Positions 43,478-53,356 of a DNA stretch of 64,000 bases are shown one piece after another. A model generated the notes under the pieces. That model was not told the DNA's origin and searched no databases. It was given only the letters and a program-made list of their open reading frames with translations. The stretch covers positions 25,060 to 89,059 of the forward strand of contig JAKRSC010000027.1 of NCBI GenBank assembly GCA_022402565.1. Direction: 5' to 3'. The translations under genes and the position numbers were made by a program. The DNA is from Hydrotalea sp. (GTDB lineage: Bacteria; Bacteroidota; Bacteroidia; Chitinophagales; Chitinophagaceae). How positions within the stretch are numbered: position 1 is the first letter of the stretch; every line of letters begins with the position of its first letter.

Positions 43478-44965
43478 TCAATACTTCGCCGCATTCTTCC
43501 CTGGAAGTGTCTGCAAAATAAAATTACGCAGATCTTCATTCGACTTCTTCAAATCTTCGGCACGCAAATACATCATGTGCCCACTTGGATATCCCTTGAA
43601 ATGAAAACGCTCTTTAAAACGTCCCCCTGGATCGGCCTGCCAGGCTGTGAATTTGCCTGAAAAATAAGTGGTGCCACCATCAAAATAACCCGACTGTACC
43701 AAGACTTGTAAATATGGATTTTGCGCCATTGCAAGCCTTAACTGATCACGAGTATTATCATTTTCAAAATCCCAAGGCTGCACTGGACCAAACACATTGT
43801 ACTTCAAATCGGTTTTGAACTGTAACTGATCACGGAGAAATACTTGTAAAGCTGGTGTGAAAGAATGTAGCCAAGAACTCAACTCCGAATTATAATCGGG
43901 CTGAATGCCAGCATCATACTTATCTATTCCTTTATAACGAGAATCTAATCGACCTACAGTATATCCTTCTGTGCGCAACAATTCCTTCCAAAAAAAACGA
44001 TCTGGCACATCTAAATGATGTTGCAAAATGACTTCCTTACTCAAGCCAGTATACTTAGACATTTGTGCTGCAATTGCATCTTTTTCTTTTGGAGGTAAAC
44101 TGCTTCCTTTTGCGAGTGCAGGCAACAATGTATTAATTGCAAACTGTTCTGCCTCTGGCAATAATTGCTCCAACGACTTTGCCTGCATATCGGCAGATAG
44201 CTTTTTATGATACCAAGCAGTAGCATGATAATAAGGCAAGTACAAAGCAGATGACACGGGTCCACCTTGACGTAAAACTTTATAATCGGCTGGAGATACC
44301 AAGATTACACCATTCAAATACATCCACTGCTGATTTTGCAATTCATGCGCCAAGCCCATTACCCTGGTGCCTCCATAGCTCTCCCCAATTATATACTTTG
44401 GTGAAGCCCAACGCTGTGTTCTACCAACAAACGTGTTCATCCATCCAGCTAAATATTTCACATCGGCATTAATTCCAAAGAATGTTTTGTTGTCTGGCAT
44501 TTTTCCATCCTTCCCAGGAACCATTCTACTGTATCCTGTGTTCACTGGATCAACATAAACTATATCTGCCACATCTAAAATAGAATGTGGATTATCCTTC
44601 ACCCCATAAGGTTGAATAGGATATCCTTCACTATCAACCTGTAAAACCTTTGGCCCGGTATAAGCAATATGCATCCAAATAGAGGCAGAACCAGGTCCAC
44701 CGTTGAATGAAAATACCAATGGTCGAGCTGCACGATCTTTCACCTGTGTTCTTTCATAATAGGTGTAAAACAAATATGCTATCATTTCACCCTGCTCATT
44801 CCAAACAGGCTGTGTACCGGTTTTCACTGAATAGGTAACAGGCTGCCCTTGAATAGTAACTTGTCCGCTTGTTACCACCGCAGTATCTGGATGCAAACGC
44901 AAGTTTTGCGCATAGGCTGAAAAGCAAGTAGAGGCTACTAAAATTGCAACAAGTATCAATCGCAT
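43478..44965 (-). CDS. S10-family serine carboxypeptidase, secreted
   Basis: Catalytic GESYGG. Start placed at MRLILVAILVASTCFSAYAQ (signal peptide) rather than the upstream ATG at 45034. Confidence 0.75.
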   Translation of the reverse strand: MRLILVAILVASTCFSAYAQNLRLHPDTAVVTSGQVTIQGQPVTYSVKTGTQPVWNEQGEMIAYLFYTYYERTQVKDRAARPLVFSFNGGPGSASIWMHIAYTGPKVLQVDSEGYPIQPYGVKDNPHSILDVADIVYVDPVNTGYSRMVPGKDGKMPDNKTFFGINADVKYLAGWMNTFVGRTQRWASPKYIIGESYGGTRVMGLAHELQNQQWMYLNGVILVSPADYKVLRQGGPVSSALYLPYYHATAWYHKKLSADMQAKSLEQLLPEAEQFAINTLLPALAKGSSLPPKEKDAIAAQMSKYTGLSKEVILQHHLDVPDRFFWKELLRTEGYTVGRLDSRYKGIDKYDAGIQPDYNSELSSWLHSFTPALQVFLRDQLQFKTDLKYNVFGPVQPWDFENDNTRDQLRLAMAQNPYLQVLVQSGYFDGGTTYFSGKFTAWQADPGGRFKERFHFKGYPSGHMMYLRAEDLKKSNEDLRNFILQTLPGKNAAKY

Positions 44966-45095
44966 AAAAATTCTTTTTGAGGAACAGCAAGATAAGGAAG
45001 AAATAGAAGCCGTCAAGGGTGTTTGCATAACCATTGCAGGACACGACCTATCAATTCCGCCAAATGAACTATTTTGCAGGCCTCAAAACAATTGC

Positions 45096-46328
45096 ATGGC
45101 CAAAATTCGTCCTTTCGCTGCCCTTCGCCCGCAACCTGCTCAAGCAGCAGTTGTTGCGAGCAGACCTTATGATGTGTTAAATAGCAATGAAGCCAGAGAA
45201 GTGGTTGCTCATAATCCACTTTCATTTTTGCAGGTTACTAAAAGTGAAGTGAGTCTATCGGCTGATATAGATATACATAGCGATCTTGTTTATCAACAAG
45301 CCAAAAAGAATTTAGAGGCTATGATTGAGCAAGGGATTTTAATTCGCGAGTCCAAACCTTGTTACTATATATATGCACTCACCATGAATGGGCGTACACA
45401 AACTGGATTGGTTGCAGGTAGCAGTGTAGATGATTACAACAATGATATCATTAAAAAGCATGAATTTACACGTCCACAAAAAGAGCAGGACCGTATTAAT
45501 CATATAGCCACTACAAAAGCACAAACAGGTAATGTTTTTTTAGCTTATAGAGCAGTATCCGAATTAGATGCACTGATTGAAGATTGGAAAAATAAACATG
45601 CAGCTCTATACGACTTTACAGCTGAAGATGGTATTCGACATGCTATTTGGTGTGTAGATGATGATGCAGTACAGGCTCAAATCACTCAAATTTTTGAAGA
45701 AAAAATTCCATACACCTATATCGCTGATGGACACCACCGTGCTGCTTCGGCTGCAAAAGTAAGAGCTGCTTTGGGTAATGAGGCAGGCGCCAGCGCAGAT
45801 ATTTTCTTAACAACATTATTCCCTTCAAATCAGCTCAGCATCATTGACTACAACAGAGTTGCGATTGATTTGAATGGCTTATCGAATGAAGCTTTTTTGA
45901 ACAAACTTGCAGTAAACTTTGATTACAGCTTAGTTGGTAAAACGCAAGTAAAACCATCTCAACCACATGAGTTTGGTATGTATTTAGAAGGTAACTGGTA
46001 CCGATTGCATGCAAAAGAAGGTTCGTTCACCAATGATCCTATTGGCGTGCTAGATGTAACTATACTTCAAAACTTAGTGTTGGATCAAATATTGGGTATA
46101 CAAGATCCAAGAACAGATCAACGAGTTGATTTTGTAGGTGGGATTCGTGGTTTGGGGGAACTGGAACAACGTGTAGATAGTGGCGATGTGAAAATTGCAT
46201 TCAGTCTTTACCCTGTCACTATGGATCAATTATTTGACATTGCTGATAGCGGTCAAGTGATGCCGCCAAAGAGCACTTGGTTTGAACCAAAATTAAGAGA
46301 TGGTGTTTTAACGCACTTGATAGATTAA
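45096..46328 (+). CDS. DUF1015 domain-containing protein
   Basis: 410 aa. MAKIRPFAALRP N-terminus and the ADGHHR motif characteristic of DUF1015. Confidence 0.7.
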   Translation: MAKIRPFAALRPQPAQAAVVASRPYDVLNSNEAREVVAHNPLSFLQVTKSEVSLSADIDIHSDLVYQQAKKNLEAMIEQGILIRESKPCYYIYALTMNGRTQTGLVAGSSVDDYNNDIIKKHEFTRPQKEQDRINHIATTKAQTGNVFLAYRAVSELDALIEDWKNKHAALYDFTAEDGIRHAIWCVDDDAVQAQITQIFEEKIPYTYIADGHHRAASAAKVRAALGNEAGASADIFLTTLFPSNQLSIIDYNRVAIDLNGLSNEAFLNKLAVNFDYSLVGKTQVKPSQPHEFGMYLEGNWYRLHAKEGSFTNDPIGVLDVTILQNLVLDQILGIQDPRTDQRVDFVGGIRGLGELEQRVDSGDVKIAFSLYPVTMDQLFDIADSGQVMPPKSTWFEPKLRDGVLTHLID

Positions 46329-46330
46329 GT

Positions 46331-47356
46331 ATGAAGCATTGGATCATAATACTTTTGGTGATATTGGGAACAGAGCCTTTGTATGCACAAACAGAGGCTG
46401 CCAAAGAGTTTTTTCAAACTGCCAAGACCCTTTTGCGCGAAGGCGATTATGACAATGCAGCGGCCGCTCTGGAGCGTGCACTTCGACTAGCACCTGACAA
46501 TATTGAAATGCAACAAGAATATGTTTGGGTACATTATTTACGTCGCGATTATGCACGAAGTTTAAGTCGTGGTATTGCGCTTACAGATAGACCAGATGCA
46601 GATATTAGAAGTTTTCAACTACTTGGACTTACCTATCGCGCATTAGAACAATGGGAAGCTGGTAAGGCCATGTACAGAAGGGCTTTGGCCAAGTTTCCTC
46701 AAAGTGGTTTATTGCACCACGATATGGGTGAATTGTTATTAGCAGAAAAGAAATTACAAGAAGCTATTGTTTATTGGGAGCAGGGTATCGAAAAAGACCC
46801 TAACTATCCAGGTAATTATTACCAAGCTATTCGATTTTATACCAGAGAAAACAATGTTTTTTGGGTAATGATCTACAGTGAAATCTTTCTATCATTAGAA
46901 AGCTTCACATCTAGATCTGCGGAAGTAAAATCAGTTTTATTAGAGGCTTATAAAAGAATGTTTTTGAAAGGTCCTGTTGGATCTGCAGCAGGCATCAAGA
47001 AGCCGAATGGTTTTACTGAGGCGACCATGCAATTATTTTCTCAGTTCAGCGGCTATGTAACTTCTCCTCTTGGGCTAACTCCAGAAACTTTAATGGCACT
47101 CAGAACCCGATTTATACTAGAATGGTTTCAGCAAAACAACAACCTATTTCCATTTTATTTATTTGAATATCAACGTTTGCTGATTCGCGAAGGTTTATTT
47201 GAAGCCTATCACCAGTGGTTGTTTGGTATGGTTATGAATGCCGGACAATACCAACAATGGACTGCAGCCAATGCTGAAAAAGTAGCTGCATTCAATGCCT
47301 TTCAACAAAGCAGGGTTACTAAATATCCGATCGGGCAGTTTTATAATCCTCGTTAA
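46331..47356 (+). CDS. TPR-repeat protein with signal peptide
   Basis: 341 aa. Signal peptide ILLVILGTEPLYAQ and TPR-like helices (AAAALERALRLAPDNIEM.., AIVYWEQGIEKDPNY). Confidence 0.6.
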   Translation: MKHWIIILLVILGTEPLYAQTEAAKEFFQTAKTLLREGDYDNAAAALERALRLAPDNIEMQQEYVWVHYLRRDYARSLSRGIALTDRPDADIRSFQLLGLTYRALEQWEAGKAMYRRALAKFPQSGLLHHDMGELLLAEKKLQEAIVYWEQGIEKDPNYPGNYYQAIRFYTRENNVFWVMIYSEIFLSLESFTSRSAEVKSVLLEAYKRMFLKGPVGSAAGIKKPNGFTEATMQLFSQFSGYVTSPLGLTPETLMALRTRFILEWFQQNNNLFPFYLFEYQRLLIREGLFEAYHQWLFGMVMNAGQYQQWTAANAEKVAAFNAFQQSRVTKYPIGQFYNPR

Positions 47357-47483
47357 ATATCTCACCAGATTCGCAATCGGACAGTTTTACAATCCACGTT
47401 AATCCGTTTAATTTTCCGCTACTCCCATTTTTAACCATTTTTTGATTTCTATTGCATTTACTTGCAATGCAAAATTTGGAACT

Positions 47484-48281
47484 ATGAGCAGGAGTAACCA
47501 TGAAATTGATTATCGCATTTTTGGCGAAGAAATGCAATATGTAGAAATAGAACTCGACCCACAAGAAACGGCCATGGCTGAACCTGGTGCGTTTATGATG
47601 ATGGATGATGGCATTCAAATGCAAACCGTATTTGGAGATGGCAGTCAACAACAAGGCGGCTTATTAGGAAAACTCTTCAATGCAGGTAAAAGATTACTGG
47701 TAGGTGAGAATCTATTCATGACAGCATTCACCAACACATTTCCAGGAAAGAGGCGAGTAAGCTTTGCATCTCCCTATCCAGGCAAAATTATTCCGATTGA
47801 TTTATTACACCAAGGCGGAAGAGTGATTTGCCAAAAGGACGCATTCCTCTGCGCAGCAAAGGGTGTGAGTATAGGAATTGAATTTCAGAGAAAGTTGGGC
47901 ACAGGTTTATTTGGAGGCGAGGGATTTATCATGGAAAAACTGGAAGGTGATGGTATGGCATTTTTACATGCGGGCGGACATGTTACTGAACGCGTTTTAC
48001 AAGCAGGTGAATTGTTGAAAATAGATACTGGCTGTATTGTTGGATTTACTGCCGGAGTTCAATATGATATTCAATTTGTAGGAGGTATTAAAAACACATT
48101 ATTTGGGGGAGAAGGATTGTTCTTTGCAACACTACGCGGACCAGGAACTGTTTGGATACAAACTTTACCCATCAGCAGACTGGCAGGAAGAATACTAGCC
48201 TACGGCACTTATCAACGTAAAGAAGAAGGCAGCGTATTAGGTGGACTTGGCAATATGCTTGATGGCGACGGATGGCGTTAA
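47484..48281 (+). CDS. AIM24/TIGR00266-family protein
   Basis: Begins MSRSNHEIDYRIFGEEMQYVEIELDPQETAMAEPGAFMMMD. Also has GGEGFIMEKLEGDGMAFLHAGG and GEGLFFATLRGPGTVWIQTLP. The track start (47442) is 14 codons upstream. Confidence 0.7.
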   Translation: MSRSNHEIDYRIFGEEMQYVEIELDPQETAMAEPGAFMMMDDGIQMQTVFGDGSQQQGGLLGKLFNAGKRLLVGENLFMTAFTNTFPGKRRVSFASPYPGKIIPIDLLHQGGRVICQKDAFLCAAKGVSIGIEFQRKLGTGLFGGEGFIMEKLEGDGMAFLHAGGHVTERVLQAGELLKIDTGCIVGFTAGVQYDIQFVGGIKNTLFGGEGLFFATLRGPGTVWIQTLPISRLAGRILAYGTYQRKEEGSVLGGLGNMLDGDGWR

Positions 48282-49429
48282 GATGTTTTCCGACTCCAAT
48301 GAACCAAACGCTCGATAGCTGCATCGAGCGTTTCTACTTTTTTAGCAAAGCATAACCGAATAATGCCAAAGTCATCACCTTTATTGTAAAATGCTGATAC
48401 TGGAATGCTTGCTACCCCCGCTTCTTTGACCAGCTTTTCAGCAAAAAGCTTATCAGACATTGCACTACCTACAGAAAAGCATTGAAAATAGCTTCCATGA
48501 GAAGAAATAGGTGTCCAGGGTAGCCCCGCTAATCCTTTAGCCAAATAGTCTCTCCTTTTCTGCATGTCTTTACCCAACTCTGTGTAAGGCTCAGTTTGGA
48601 GAATATAATCAGCCAATGCAACCTGTTTAGGTGTATCACAACAAAACGCATTGAACTGATGCACTTTCTTGAACTCTTTCATGAGGTGAGAAGGTGCAAT
48701 ACAATATCCCAATTTCCAACCTGTGCAGTGGTATGTTTTTCCAAATGAAAAAACAACAAAAGATTTTTTAGCAAGCTCTGGAAATTTGAGCACAGATTGG
48801 TGTGCATATCCATCAAAAATCAAATGTTCATAAACTTCATCACTAATGATGTGTACTTGAGGAAAAGGTTCTAAAATTTCTTGAATTGCTAGCCAATCTG
48901 CTTCCTGCACAATACTCCCCGTTGGATTATGTGGAGAATTTATAATAATAGCTTTTGTCTTTGTATTTAAAGCAGCTTGAATAGCCTGAATAGGTATTGC
49001 ATAATTAGGCGGCTCCATACGAATACAGACTGGAGTTGCTCCATTAATGACAATATTTGGAATATAACTATCGTAAGCAGGTTCTAATACAATGACTTCA
49101 TCGCCAGGTTGGAGAATGCTTGTCAACGCAGTGTAAATGCCATAAGTAGCTCCTGGTGTAATTGTAATATGTTCATCTGGATGCAATTCATAATTATAAA
49201 GTGTATGAACTTTTGCAGCTATATTTTTTCGAAGCAAAGGGTGACCAAACATGTGCGTATATTGATTCATACCATCACGCATTGCTTTTGAGACACCCTC
49301 TACCAAAGCTTCATCCATAGCAAAATCTGGAAAACCCTGACCAAGATTAATGGCATTATACTCATTTGCCAACTGACTCATAGTTGTGAAAATAGTTGTG
49401 CCTACACCAGGAAGTTTGCTATGAATCAT
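48278..49429 (-). CDS. class I/II PLP aminotransferase (methionine aminotransferase YbdL-like)
   Basis: 383 aa. NLGQGFPDF, NSPHNPTG and SFGKTYHCTGWKLGY (PLP lysine). Confidence 0.75.
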   Translation of the reverse strand: MIHSKLPGVGTTIFTTMSQLANEYNAINLGQGFPDFAMDEALVEGVSKAMRDGMNQYTHMFGHPLLRKNIAAKVHTLYNYELHPDEHITITPGATYGIYTALTSILQPGDEVIVLEPAYDSYIPNIVINGATPVCIRMEPPNYAIPIQAIQAALNTKTKAIIINSPHNPTGSIVQEADWLAIQEILEPFPQVHIISDEVYEHLIFDGYAHQSVLKFPELAKKSFVVFSFGKTYHCTGWKLGYCIAPSHLMKEFKKVHQFNAFCCDTPKQVALADYILQTEPYTELGKDMQKRRDYLAKGLAGLPWTPISSHGSYFQCFSVGSAMSDKLFAEKLVKEAGVASIPVSAFYNKGDDFGIIRLCFAKKVETLDAAIERLVHWSRKTS

Positions 49430-51831
49430 TTTGTTACAATTTTTTCAAGTCGAACCAACTTACCTTCTTTATTAAATCCTTCAGCAATCACTCTAAAACG
49501 AGTAGTTACATCATTGTTATTAAATCGAAATCTATAAGCTCCTACTTCACCATCCAATTGTATACCTGGATTCCAATACAATGTTTTTCGAATATCTTTA
49601 TTCGGCTTTTTTCTATCATCGTTAGGATTTAGTGTACTTTCCCAGCTTGTGGGCTTTGTATACCCTTCTAGTTTTACCCTACGCAAATTAGCAAAATCAT
49701 AATTCCGTGGTTCATCGCCTCTTTTGGTGTATACTGCAATAGCACCACCTGAACCGCCTAGATACGCTCCATAAAAAGGCGGTCTGAATACTTTTATGTA
49801 AGCTACATCTGCCATGGGAATATTATTCAACACACTTGCATCTTGTAATTGTACTTCATTTAAAAATACTGCTGTATTATCGCCTCGCCATGTAATAATT
49901 GGAGCTCCAAATTCATTCAAACGTATTTGTAATCCTGCTACCCTACCCTGAAGAAAGGCAAATACGGATGGCATCATCATTGCAAAATTATCACCAGCAA
50001 TATCAAATCTAATACCATCAGAAGTAAACATGCCTGTGGTATACTTCTCATCCATTTCTTCAATTCTAGACTTCACTCGAGTGGTTACAACCACATCATC
50101 CAAAGTTCTAGTAGCAGCTAAAGAATCTAAGAATCTTTTTTCAGCAGCATACTTTTTCTGTAGTGCTAATATAGAGTCGCTTGAAGGATCTACTTGTAGA
50201 GTAGGTACACGCATCAATCGATTGGGATTTGCAACTAACAAATTGGTTTGCATACTAACCGAATTTTTTTCGGTAATTACAACCTTGTTTGGTTGCAAGT
50301 AAACAGTCACACTATCATAATAAAACAAATCATCTTGTTTAAAACTTCCATCATTAGCCAACTCTAACATCATCATTTGTTTTTCCTCATCACGAGTACT
50401 CAAAATGAGGTTCATGGTCTCTGCCTTTTTGGTTCTTCTTTCACCCAGATTCGTAATTTGTCCACTTATACTGATAAAAGATTGCTCACGCTCTGCTTTA
50501 AGAGGAATAAGATTACCAGCCAGCGCATCATTCACATTGGGATACCAAATATCCTGTGCTTGCAACCACTGGTCAATTGCTCTATAGTTTTGTTGATCGG
50601 CCCATCTAGCAGCAAGATGACTATTAGTAGGCGTTGACTTAAAAATATCTGCACCCATGAGCTGATAGATGTTGTTACTTGGATGTGATTCATCAAAGTC
50701 AGCATCAGTCACTGACACAGACAAACTGGTTAATAATGTATCTAACGAAACAAGCGTAAACACATTTTCACCCTTCTTATCAACGCTTAGTGTATCAATG
50801 TCTAGTGTAAGGGAAACGGGCTGTGGTTTATGTAAAAAAAACACTCTTTGCCCCAACACATTTTTCTCATCATCGAACCAAATCAACCTATGAAAGCCAC
50901 TTGGAAAACTGTCGGTGCGTATTCTTCCACGAACCCTCAATCTTTGTTGTAAAGACACATTTGTTTCAACAAATAAATCATCTTTATGCATTAATGCAAC
51001 AAGAATATTTTGCTCTGCCATTCTAGCGTCGGCAGTTCTTTGTACAACAAAAGACTGATCAACTGGATCGAATCTCAATGTAACTCCCCGATCCAATACT
51101 TTAGGTAATGCTTGCTGTGCCCATGTTCCATTAGGCAATTCGGCCTGTATATAGTAATTATCGGAGGTTTCGGGTGTAATTTCAACTTGTCCATAGCCAT
51201 GAGGCGCTGTTGAAACCAAACTTACTACTTGACCATTTGCATCCACAATCCTACAATTCATTGACAAGGGCAAATTGTTTTCATTGCGAGTAGAAATTGT
51301 AAGTATAGATGGAATTCCTTTCACCCATGCCCCCCCTTCTGGTTGTGCTTGTATTTGCAAACCCGTGGGACTATTATCTGGAGACAGCACAGGTTGATTT
51401 GCTTGCAACACCCTGAAAGAGCTGACTAAAAAAGGGGTTGGATTTTGCTCTTGCATCCAATGGGTGTATAACTTCATGTAAATCCATTGCCCCGCATATT
51501 TTTCAGGAATCAAAAAGTCGCCTGCGGATAAACCCATTAAGGCTGGAATAACTTGTCTTGAAATATATTTCCCCTCTTGGTCATACCATTCTATATACAC
51601 ATTTTTGGTAAAAGAACTTGGACCATCCTTACTCATTAAATAAATTTTGTAAAACAGCCTTTCGCCAGGCGAGTATTGATATTGATTGGTATGAACATGT
51701 GCTTTTTCTGGCTGAAAAGAAGCTAAATAATTTTGAAGTGGCTCTTTTAAAATTGGCTGCGCGTATAGTTGTGAAAGGCCAGTAAGCAAAAAAGCAATAA
51801 CTAACGAAAAACAGGTGTTCAATTTGGTCAT
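49426..51831 (-). CDS. secreted 801-aa protein with C-terminal TonB-dependent-receptor Plug-like segment but no beta-barrel
   Basis: Signal peptide LVIAFLLTGLSQLYAQ. The C-terminal FLQGRVAGLQIR...ITWRG...VFLNEVQL...IPMADVAYIKVFRPP..GAYLGGSGGAIAVYTKRG resembles the Plug domain. Only about 95 residues follow, too few for a 22-strand barrel. Confidence 0.45.
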   Translation of the reverse strand: MTKLNTCFSLVIAFLLTGLSQLYAQPILKEPLQNYLASFQPEKAHVHTNQYQYSPGERLFYKIYLMSKDGPSSFTKNVYIEWYDQEGKYISRQVIPALMGLSAGDFLIPEKYAGQWIYMKLYTHWMQEQNPTPFLVSSFRVLQANQPVLSPDNSPTGLQIQAQPEGGAWVKGIPSILTISTRNENNLPLSMNCRIVDANGQVVSLVSTAPHGYGQVEITPETSDNYYIQAELPNGTWAQQALPKVLDRGVTLRFDPVDQSFVVQRTADARMAEQNILVALMHKDDLFVETNVSLQQRLRVRGRIRTDSFPSGFHRLIWFDDEKNVLGQRVFFLHKPQPVSLTLDIDTLSVDKKGENVFTLVSLDTLLTSLSVSVTDADFDESHPSNNIYQLMGADIFKSTPTNSHLAARWADQQNYRAIDQWLQAQDIWYPNVNDALAGNLIPLKAEREQSFISISGQITNLGERRTKKAETMNLILSTRDEEKQMMMLELANDGSFKQDDLFYYDSVTVYLQPNKVVITEKNSVSMQTNLLVANPNRLMRVPTLQVDPSSDSILALQKKYAAEKRFLDSLAATRTLDDVVVTTRVKSRIEEMDEKYTTGMFTSDGIRFDIAGDNFAMMMPSVFAFLQGRVAGLQIRLNEFGAPIITWRGDNTAVFLNEVQLQDASVLNNIPMADVAYIKVFRPPFYGAYLGGSGGAIAVYTKRGDEPRNYDFANLRRVKLEGYTKPTSWESTLNPNDDRKKPNKDIRKTLYWNPGIQLDGEVGAYRFRFNNNDVTTRFRVIAEGFNKEGKLVRLEKIVTK

Positions 51832-51985
51832 AGACGATTATTTATTTTTAATAGAAGTACACGGTTTTACACGGATATGGAGCGAAATCTATGCCAAATA
51901 TATTTGTATTAGACCTGAAAAAATATAGGTTGTTTAATGGCTTAAGTTTAGAGTTGACTATTAAAGTAGTTCCAGTAATGAATTC

Positions 51986-52633
51986 ATGTATATTGCAACC
52001 ATGTTGGAGGCACTAATTAAAGGAATAGCACTAGGATTTATGCTGAGTATTTCCGTTGGCCCTGTTATATTTTCCATCATTAAACAAAGTATTTCCAATG
52101 GCTATAAAGGAGGTATTGCATTTATCTTAGGTGTAAGTGTAAGTGATATTTCTTTGGTAGTTGTAAGCCAGTTATTCACAGAACTTTTTAGAACAATTTT
52201 AACATATAGAACGCCAATAGGTGTAGGTGGCAGTGTGATGCTGATTGTTATGGGGATTTATGTGCTCTTTTTCAAGAAATCGACTGCAAATGAAGAGGGC
52301 CAATTAGCTATTGTTTCAATGAGAAAACGCGATTATGCAAAGATTTTTGCAACTGGATTTTTCATGAACATTTTAAACCCTGCCGTATTTGCATTTTGGC
52401 TCATCATTGCTACTTCTGTTGTAAGCTATGATTTTTCATACAGGGTTTCTATGTTTACTGCAGCGCTTATTGTTGTGTTTTTTATGGACCTTTTAAAAGT
52501 TTGGGGAGCTGCTATTATCAGAAAAAAACTAACTCCCACAGCTATTCACAGAATCAATCAGTTATCTGGACTTATTTTAATTGGATTTGGAATAGCCCTA
52601 TTATGGGGTACCATTTGGAAGATGGAGGGGTGA
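51986..52633 (+). CDS. LysE-family amino-acid exporter
   Basis: 215 aa with 5-6 TM segments. N-terminal GIALGFMLSISVGPVIFSIIKQS (LysE/RhtB signature region). Confidence 0.7.
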   Translation: MYIATMLEALIKGIALGFMLSISVGPVIFSIIKQSISNGYKGGIAFILGVSVSDISLVVVSQLFTELFRTILTYRTPIGVGGSVMLIVMGIYVLFFKKSTANEEGQLAIVSMRKRDYAKIFATGFFMNILNPAVFAFWLIIATSVVSYDFSYRVSMFTAALIVVFFMDLLKVWGAAIIRKKLTPTAIHRINQLSGLILIGFGIALLWGTIWKMEG

Positions 52634-52642
52634 TAGTGATGT

Positions 52643-52940
52643 AGTTTTTGGTCTTTCGTCTTTGGGGTCATATTCCAAGTCCTGATATAGGTTGACGATT
52701 TTCAACTACCGCCTTCTCGCACAGTTTATGAGCCTACCGAAGATGCCATAATTTCTGATAAAACCAATTCATTTTTAGCATCTCTCTGTTACTTTCTTTT
52801 TCTTGAAAAAAAGAAAGTAACCAAAGAAAATTCAAGGCAAACATGAACGCTCCGCGCATTTTGCCTTACCACGCCGCCATCGCTGAAAGCCTGCTGTCCA
52901 CGTGCTGCTCAGCGAGCCGCTGTGTCCAGCAAGGCAAGCT
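52643..52940 (+). repeat. mosaic repeat copy R10 (heptamers + unique spacer + hairpin variant + C tail)
   Basis: 3 heptamers at 52643-52663, 10 nt after the LysE stop. Hairpin 52788-52821 is GTTACTTTCTTTTT-cttgaa-AAAAAGAAAGTAAC followed by CAAAGAAAATTCAAG (same as R3). The C tail is GCGCATTTTGCCTTACCACGCCGCCATCGCTGAAAGCCTGCTGTCCACGTGCTGCTCAGCGAGCCGCTGTGTCCAGCAAGGC. Confidence 0.85.
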
Positions 52941-53119
52941 TTACATTTTTCACAAAGTCACATGGCTCATCTTACCAAGTCCTTCTTTAGCTTTTCATTA
53001 ATCAAATTGGATTAAAAAAACTTATTACTGTTACATTTTGTTTTTGATTCTTTTTTCTTTGTGGTTAGTCCCTAATTTGTTAGTAAACTAATCAGATGTA
53101 AAAAGCGCATTAACACATC

Positions 53120-53290
53120 ATCAGGTTAAAACCTGTAGGTTGAGGATGATATAGAGTAGTTCCCACGACAACAGATTCCGAATTACACTTCAAAAACCTG
53201 AGGAATAATACGAAATGATATTGCCAAAAGAAAAGCGGCTCCTGAGGTACTTGAGGGTTGTGCAATAAGCCTGTCGAATCGCGAACTATT
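53120..53290 (+). repeat. degenerate repeat fragments (F/D-like)
   Basis: Contains AGTTCCCACGACAACAGATTCCGAATT and two CCTGAGG cores. Overlapped by a spurious 66-aa ORF (53110..53310). Confidence 0.4.
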
Positions 53291-53356
53291 TCAAGATAAT
53301 CATCCCCCATTGCAAAATTCCCTATTCACTCCTATCTTTACTAATTCACACCAGCT

